Source of the DNA: a virus
Taxonomy: Duplodnaviria > Heunggongvirae > Uroviricota > Caudoviricetes
Direction: 5' to 3' (one strand)
Length of the DNA: 64,000 nt
IMG/VR virus record: IMGVR_UViG_3300032280_000361
The first letter of the stretch is position 1; each line of letters begins with the position of its first letter. The position numbers and the translations under genes are program-made. Below the pieces are notes generated by a model. That model saw nothing but the letters and a program-made list of their open reading frames with translations. It was not told where the DNA came from and searched no databases. Below, in pieces: positions 59,187 through 64,000 of this stretch.

Positions 59187-60425
59187 TTAAGCTACTCCAA
59201 CTTTTTTTGATAAGATTGAACCTAATCTTCCTTTAATTTGTTCAAGCTTTTTCGCCATTTCTGGATTCATACCACTAACAGGTCCTGCTGGTGTAAGTAA
59301 ACCACCTGCTTTAAGGTTTTCCATTTCAGTTATTATTTCTATTAAAATATTTTTTAATGATTCACCTAATACCGCTGGTTGTACCAATGTATCACCCAAA
59401 CGTATCTGTCCAGCGTTTCCTATATATAAAGTTATGTTCTTATCTGGAGCTTGAATATCAATATTACCTTTTGAATTTATATTTGCACCTAACTCAGTAT
59501 CAACTGAAAAAATTCCATCAGTAATTACGCCGTAATGGCCTTTGGACCAAAATATCATCTCATTTATTCTAGATGAAAAAACTAATCTATCGGATGATAT
59601 TATAATCTGATTACCATCTAATGATGGAGGATATTTTTCAAATGCATAAGATTTTTTGGGTAAAAAACCTGGTAAAGGTATTGCTTTCTGTGGGTTCATC
59701 TTAAAATTAGTAGTTCCTACAATCGGAAGAGGTGTTCCAGGTGAAAACGGAGATGAATAATTCCCACTACTTATTGCAATAGTAGAACCATCTTTATTTA
59801 CATCTTCTTCTACTTCACCACCTCCTAATATTCCCGATACAATTCCACCTAATAATCCTTTTTTAGCTTCTCCATTTCTTATAATCAAAATTGGGCTACC
59901 ACTACCTGCACCACTACTCATTCGAATCGATTGTCCATATCTAGATTGAATAACAGTATCTCCTTCGTATAATTTTAATCGTTTAGCGGGTTTAGCGCCT
60001 GTTAACCCTGCTAAACCACCCCCTCCTGATAATGCCAATGATTTAAAAGAACCCAAATCAGTAAGAGGAGATTTTGACAATCCTTGTCTACCCTTCATTA
60101 CACTTGAACTGATGGAATCGTTGAAATTGAATCTCCTATAAGAAGGTACGTTTGAATCATTAAAAACTTCAACTATCTCCCCTACCATCGGTACAGTTAA
60201 ACACATTTCATCAATTGGATATGCCGTTTTTGCAATACCTTTATTGTTAAGACCCAATCCTTTTACAGATACCGAGCCTGGAATTATATTGTTTCCAGTA
60301 GCATCTTTTTCTATTGAAAGGTACACTTTTTCAACAACCCCTAAATAAGTTGTTGGTTTACTTTGTACATTGTTGGAACTTGCGCTTACTCTATACTCAC
60401 TCTTTGTGCTTAATAAATCTGCCAT
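59187..60425 (-). CDS. Baseplate central spike/hub (gp5/VgrG-like)
   Basis: OB-like N-terminus (VPMVGEIVEV), YEGDTVIQSRYGQSIR, beta-helix-like C-terminal repeats, PAVLGE. Confidence 0.65.
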   Translation of the reverse strand: MADLLSTKSEYRVSASSNNVQSKPTTYLGVVEKVYLSIEKDATGNNIIPGSVSVKGLGLNNKGIAKTAYPIDEMCLTVPMVGEIVEVFNDSNVPSYRRFNFNDSISSSVMKGRQGLSKSPLTDLGSFKSLALSGGGGLAGLTGAKPAKRLKLYEGDTVIQSRYGQSIRMSSGAGSGSPILIIRNGEAKKGLLGGIVSGILGGGEVEEDVNKDGSTIAISSGNYSSPFSPGTPLPIVGTTNFKMNPQKAIPLPGFLPKKSYAFEKYPPSLDGNQIIISSDRLVFSSRINEMIFWSKGHYGVITDGIFSVDTELGANINSKGNIDIQAPDKNITLYIGNAGQIRLGDTLVQPAVLGESLKNILIEIITEMENLKAGGLLTPAGPVSGMNPEMAKKLEQIKGRLGSILSKKVGVA

Positions 60426-60856
60426 TATTTTTTAGTTTCTTCAAGTTTCCTTTGGATTTCTTCCAATTCATATTCAATATCATCTACTTTATCCATAGTT
60501 TTAGCTTGAACATCTTTTGAAATCTTTTCCAATTCACCCAGTAACTCTTCTTTTTCTCTATCAGTCAATAATCCACCATCGTTAGTTCCCTTATATTCCA
60601 TAGCAACAAATCTTTGTCCAATTGTTGCCAACCTAATTAGGATATCATCATTTTCTACTGAGAACTTAACCAAATCCTTAATAACCGGTCCTATCGATGC
60701 TATATCCCCCGCATGTCTGATTTGTTTTTTGAATTCCTCAATCAAATCACTTATTTTCTGTTTTTTTGAATGTTGGTTAGAATATATCTCACCGAATAAG
60801 TCAGATAACTTCTTTTCCCCAAACATTACAAAATCTGTAGATTGTTGTTTTGCCAT
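60425..60856 (-). CDS. Helical hypothetical late protein
   Basis: Intact ORF; TATTTAT motif 4 nt upstream. Confidence 0.65.
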   Translation of the reverse strand: MAKQQSTDFVMFGEKKLSDLFGEIYSNQHSKKQKISDLIEEFKKQIRHAGDIASIGPVIKDLVKFSVENDDILIRLATIGQRFVAMEYKGTNDGGLLTDREKEELLGELEKISKDVQAKTMDKVDDIEYELEEIQRKLEETKK

Positions 60857-60860
60857 ACTA

Positions 60861-60867
60861 ATAAATA
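60861..60867 (-). promoter_or_regulatory. Candidate late promoter motif TATTTAT
   Basis: 4 nt upstream of the ATG at 60856, head of the baseplate operon. Confidence 0.5.
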
Positions 60868-60872
60868 CCTTA

Positions 60873-61655
60873 TTATATAATTTTTTGTGAATCTATAAAT
60901 CTATAGAATTCTTCGGATAATAATCTATACCCCTCTGAGTTGGGATGTTGTGTTCCACGTGTATCCCATCGTTCTGCGTGTTCCCATAAATCAACCCTAT
61001 TAAACGTATTTAAATACCCTCTAGCGGTTTGTTTTCGGAATTCCCAATAAACTCTACCATCTATTAAATCCGTCTTATCATAGTGAGGTAATATACCCAT
61101 AAACATATCTTCTATACCATCTATAAAGATATGAGATATCTTATAATGTTTAAAAAACTCCTGTAGGAATACAATGTAGTTTTGGTTAACTATGCTATAA
61201 TAATTCTCCTCATATAGATTAACTAAATAGAACTTCTTATAATCTTCCATAAAGAAATCATAGTATCTATTTTCTGTTTGAGTGGATGTAAAAAATCTAT
61301 CAGGTGTTTCCATTAAATGCTTCGTACTCCAACTTAACCATTCACCTTTAGGCCCTTTTGGGAAAAATGGTAAGTAATCTCTTAAGGATGAACTCCACAT
61401 TACAACAACCAAATCATTTTTAGTTGTCTCACCACTCTTTACATCATCAACTATCTGATTGAATATAACATTATTGGGATTACCACTTATCCCATTATTT
61501 TGATAAGGTAATCCCAATTTATCACTTAAGTATCTAACCCAACTATTTTCTTTTTGGAAGATTATCTTTTCGTGTTTAGAGAGGGTATCCTCAATTTCTC
61601 GATTACATCCCTCTCCAACTGTCCAACTATCTCCGTATGCAACTATTCGTTTCAT
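60873..61655 (-). CDS. SGNH/GDSL-hydrolase-like protein
   Basis: AYGDSWTVGEG, NNGISGNPN, TQHP. Confidence 0.7.
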   Translation of the reverse strand: MKRIVAYGDSWTVGEGCNREIEDTLSKHEKIIFQKENSWVRYLSDKLGLPYQNNGISGNPNNVIFNQIVDDVKSGETTKNDLVVVMWSSSLRDYLPFFPKGPKGEWLSWSTKHLMETPDRFFTSTQTENRYYDFFMEDYKKFYLVNLYEENYYSIVNQNYIVFLQEFFKHYKISHIFIDGIEDMFMGILPHYDKTDLIDGRVYWEFRKQTARGYLNTFNRVDLWEHAERWDTRGTQHPNSEGYRLLSEEFYRFIDSQKII

Positions 61656-63343
61656 TTCTTAGTTATAACATAATCTTCTAATACCAACATATCTAATCCA
61701 ATATCCAAAAATGTATCTATTGCAGTTTTAGGGTCTCTAATCATTGTTTTGTCTTTAATATTGAATGATGTGTTAAGAACTATTGGATATTCGTTTTGTT
61801 TTTCTAATTCAGTAAGTAAATCATAAATTCTTACACATTGTTCTCTATCTAAAGTTTGTATCCTAGCAGTTCCATCAACATGAGTAATCGCAGGTAACAT
61901 ATCTCTAAATTCTCTTTTCACACCAACTATCTGATTCATATATGGAACTGATTTATCCCATTCGAAATATTTAGAAACATCTTCCAATTTTACTATCGGT
62001 GCAAATGGTCTAAATCCTTCTCTCTTTTTTACTATTTTATTTATTCTATTTTTCATTTCCCCATTTGTAGGGTCAGCCAAAATAGAACGATGCCCAAGGG
62101 CTCTAGCACCAAACTCCAATCTACCTTCGAACCAAGCCACAACTTCACCATTTGATATTGCATTTGCAACAACTGAAATAATTTCATCATCGGATAATTT
62201 ATTGTATATTAATTTTTTATTATAATTCTGTAATTCTTTTTTGATAATATTAGTAGAATACTTTGGACCTAAATAAGGATTTGTATTATCAACTCTATAA
62301 GAAGAGTTATTATCATTCCCACAATATGAAATTAAACACGCTCCTATTGCAGAACCTGCATCTGATGGTGCTGATGGTATCCATATATTTTTAAATCCAG
62401 TCTTCTTTGAAATCTTTCCATTAGCAGTTCCGTTGTATGCACATCCTCCACCTAATACTAAATTATCACACTTAGTTCTACGATGTAAATCTTTCAATAA
62501 ACGAAAAAAGTACATCTCATAAATGAATTGTACCGTTGCTGCTAAATCCTTATGTTCTTGTGTTATTTCTTCTTCAGATAATCTAGGTAATATTCCTAAA
62601 TGTTCTGATAATTTAGATGTGAACATAATCTCATCACTCTTATGGTAATCAAACATTTCCATATTCAAAGTGTAACCACCTTTTTTAGATGGATAAATTA
62701 TTTCTCTAAATTTATGTGAAAATGTTTTAGGGTTACCATACGGTGCTAATCCCATTACTTTATATTCCCCTTCGTTTGGTTTGAATCCTAAGAAGGCAGT
62801 AAATGTAGAATATAACATTCCTAATGAATGTGGAAATTTTGTAGTCTCTAATATTTCCCAATCATTTCCTTTTCCATGTGCTAAAACGGTTGTATCCCAT
62901 TCTCCAACTCCATCAACACTTAATATAGCTGATTCTCTATATGGAGAAGTTAAATATGAGTATCCAATATGTGAATCATGATGTGATGTAAATTTAATTT
63001 GGGCTTTGGAAAACATCCATTTTGTTTTCTTTATCAAATTAAAATATTGGCGGATTCCTTTTATTCCAAATTTAAATGCATCTTTGATTTGGAAATTCTT
63101 AAGACAAGTTGTTACAACTCTATGCGTTTTAATTAAAGGTTTTTCATAAAAACAAACCTCTTCAATATCTTCAAAACTAAATCCGGATTCTTCAATAATC
63201 CATTTAATTGATTTTTCTGGAAACGAACTATCATGCTTTATCCCACTAAATCTTTCTTCCTCTACTGCCAATATCACTTTACCATCCTTAATTAAACATG
63301 CGGATGAATCGTGATAATAACAACTTATTCCTATTTGTATCAT
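61652..63343 (-). CDS. O-carbamoyltransferase (NodU/CmcH/TobZ family)
   Basis: HDSSA, EEERFS..KHD, HHDSH, DGVGE, GGCAYN, EFGARALGHRS, FRPFAP, HVDGTARIQT, LNTSFN. Confidence 0.93.
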   Translation of the reverse strand: MIQIGISCYYHDSSACLIKDGKVILAVEEERFSGIKHDSSFPEKSIKWIIEESGFSFEDIEEVCFYEKPLIKTHRVVTTCLKNFQIKDAFKFGIKGIRQYFNLIKKTKWMFSKAQIKFTSHHDSHIGYSYLTSPYRESAILSVDGVGEWDTTVLAHGKGNDWEILETTKFPHSLGMLYSTFTAFLGFKPNEGEYKVMGLAPYGNPKTFSHKFREIIYPSKKGGYTLNMEMFDYHKSDEIMFTSKLSEHLGILPRLSEEEITQEHKDLAATVQFIYEMYFFRLLKDLHRRTKCDNLVLGGGCAYNGTANGKISKKTGFKNIWIPSAPSDAGSAIGACLISYCGNDNNSSYRVDNTNPYLGPKYSTNIIKKELQNYNKKLIYNKLSDDEIISVVANAISNGEVVAWFEGRLEFGARALGHRSILADPTNGEMKNRINKIVKKREGFRPFAPIVKLEDVSKYFEWDKSVPYMNQIVGVKREFRDMLPAITHVDGTARIQTLDREQCVRIYDLLTELEKQNEYPIVLNTSFNIKDKTMIRDPKTAIDTFLDIGLDMLVLEDYVITKK

Positions 63344-64000
63344 CTATAAAAAATATCTTCTTCTATGGTAATATCTCCTGTGTTTAAGTACTCTTCTAAG
63401 ATGTTATCCTGATGTACTTTCATAGTTGAAATTACCTTTGTTATGTAATGTGTTTTATGCCCTGTCATTTCTCTTATCAACAGGTATAAACTTTTTTTGT
63501 TAAAATTTTCAATGTAATCAACTCTTCTAAACAATTCTAATATCGCATCTGCAATTTGAATATCTCTTTTCTTATCGAATACCACATTTAGTTTAACATC
63601 CCAATATGATAACATAAGGGTTCTAAATTCAACATGAGTACTATCTGTTTCAATTGCTAATGTATCTTCTGATGGATTCCAACTTTCAGGCATTACAGAC
63701 ATCAATTCATTCTGCTTGTACCTTTTATAGTTTGAATTATTTAGTAGAATTAAATGGTTCAATGCCATTCTAGTAAAGTAAGAGAATGCTTTACCTTTAC
63801 CCTCCTGAAACATGTGGATTTTATAAATCATCTGAGATACTACTTCTCTTTTTACATCTCCATGTCCATCATCAAAATAAGAAAACTTATAAGTATTCAA
63901 AACGTTTTCCGCTATTTTTTCAAATGGATATTTTATTTTTTCCACATATAATGTATTTTTTTCTCTTTGATTTTCGGATTTATTGTAAGCTATTATTGCT
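63340..64000 (-). CDS. Sigma-like protein, T4 gp55 late-sigma-like; 5'-truncated by the window edge
   Basis: Frame is open to 64000 (..AIIAYNKSENQREKNTLYVEKIKYPF); KAFSYFTRMA resembles the gp55-family AFAYFT motif. Confidence 0.6.
   Translation of the reverse strand, partial: AIIAYNKSENQREKNTLYVEKIKYPFEKIAENVLNTYKFSYFDDGHGDVKREVVSQMIYKIHMFQEGKGKAFSYFTRMALNHLILLNNSNYKRYKQNELMSVMPESWNPSEDTLAIETDSTHVEFRTLMLSYWDVKLNVVFDKKRDIQIADAILELFRRVDYIENFNKKSLYLLIREMTGHKTHYITKVISTMKVHQDNILEEYLNTGDITIEEDIFYR

Noticed and set aside
60425-60856. Small terminase subunit
   Set aside because: Size and helicity fit, but there is no recognisable motif and no large terminase nearby.
836-63951. About 35 short ORFs from the track lying within long genes (mostly plus strand, e.g. 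3184-3537, 50645-50953; also minus 20155-20346 and 49433-49615)
   Set aside because: Antisense or out-of-frame shadows of motif-bearing genes; the poly-Pro in 50645-50953 mirrors a Gly tract. Only 34154-34339 occupies its own gap and has a recognisable fold.
1-64000. tRNA, rRNA, structured ncRNA, or stop-codon recoding
   Set aside because: Largest intergenic gap is under 90 nt and holds a terminator or promoter; genes are intact and tightly coupled under the standard code.

Overview
AT-rich (roughly 30% GC by eye), densely coding segment of a large T4-like myophage genome. All but one of about 58 real genes are on the minus strand. Three host-type promoters (TTTG/TTG-N20-TAnnTTTG) point to a Bacteroidota/Flavobacteria host. 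In transcription order (64 kb down to 1): gp55-like late sigma factor (partial), carbamoyltransferase and SGNH protein; baseplate/tail module (spike, GH19 lysozyme fusion, gp25, gp6-like, large wedge, tail-collar-like proteins); DNA metabolism (GIY-YIG, primase, ThyA, Mre11-Rad50 fusion); a lone plus-strand RHH regulator; a 1946-aa tail fibre with chaperones; a 22.6-kb island of soluble glycan-synthesis/tailoring enzymes (3 GT7 with an inserted LamG domain, 2 radical SAM + LamG pairs, 3 GT10-like, GT4, GT2-like, 3 SDRs, a minimal split ThDP enzyme, PLP enzyme, 2OG oxygenase, methyltransferase, SGNH proteins); then a 7-domain protein with x-x-Glu sites at its domain borders, and an Ntn hydrolase whose Cys nucleophile follows such a site. 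The two best candidates for an undescribed system are the LamG-modular glycan pathway and a putative prohead-protease-processed virion cargo (polyprotein plus Ntn zymogen). No tRNA, rRNA, CRISPR, intron or IS was seen. All family assignments are from motif recognition by eye; no database searches were run.
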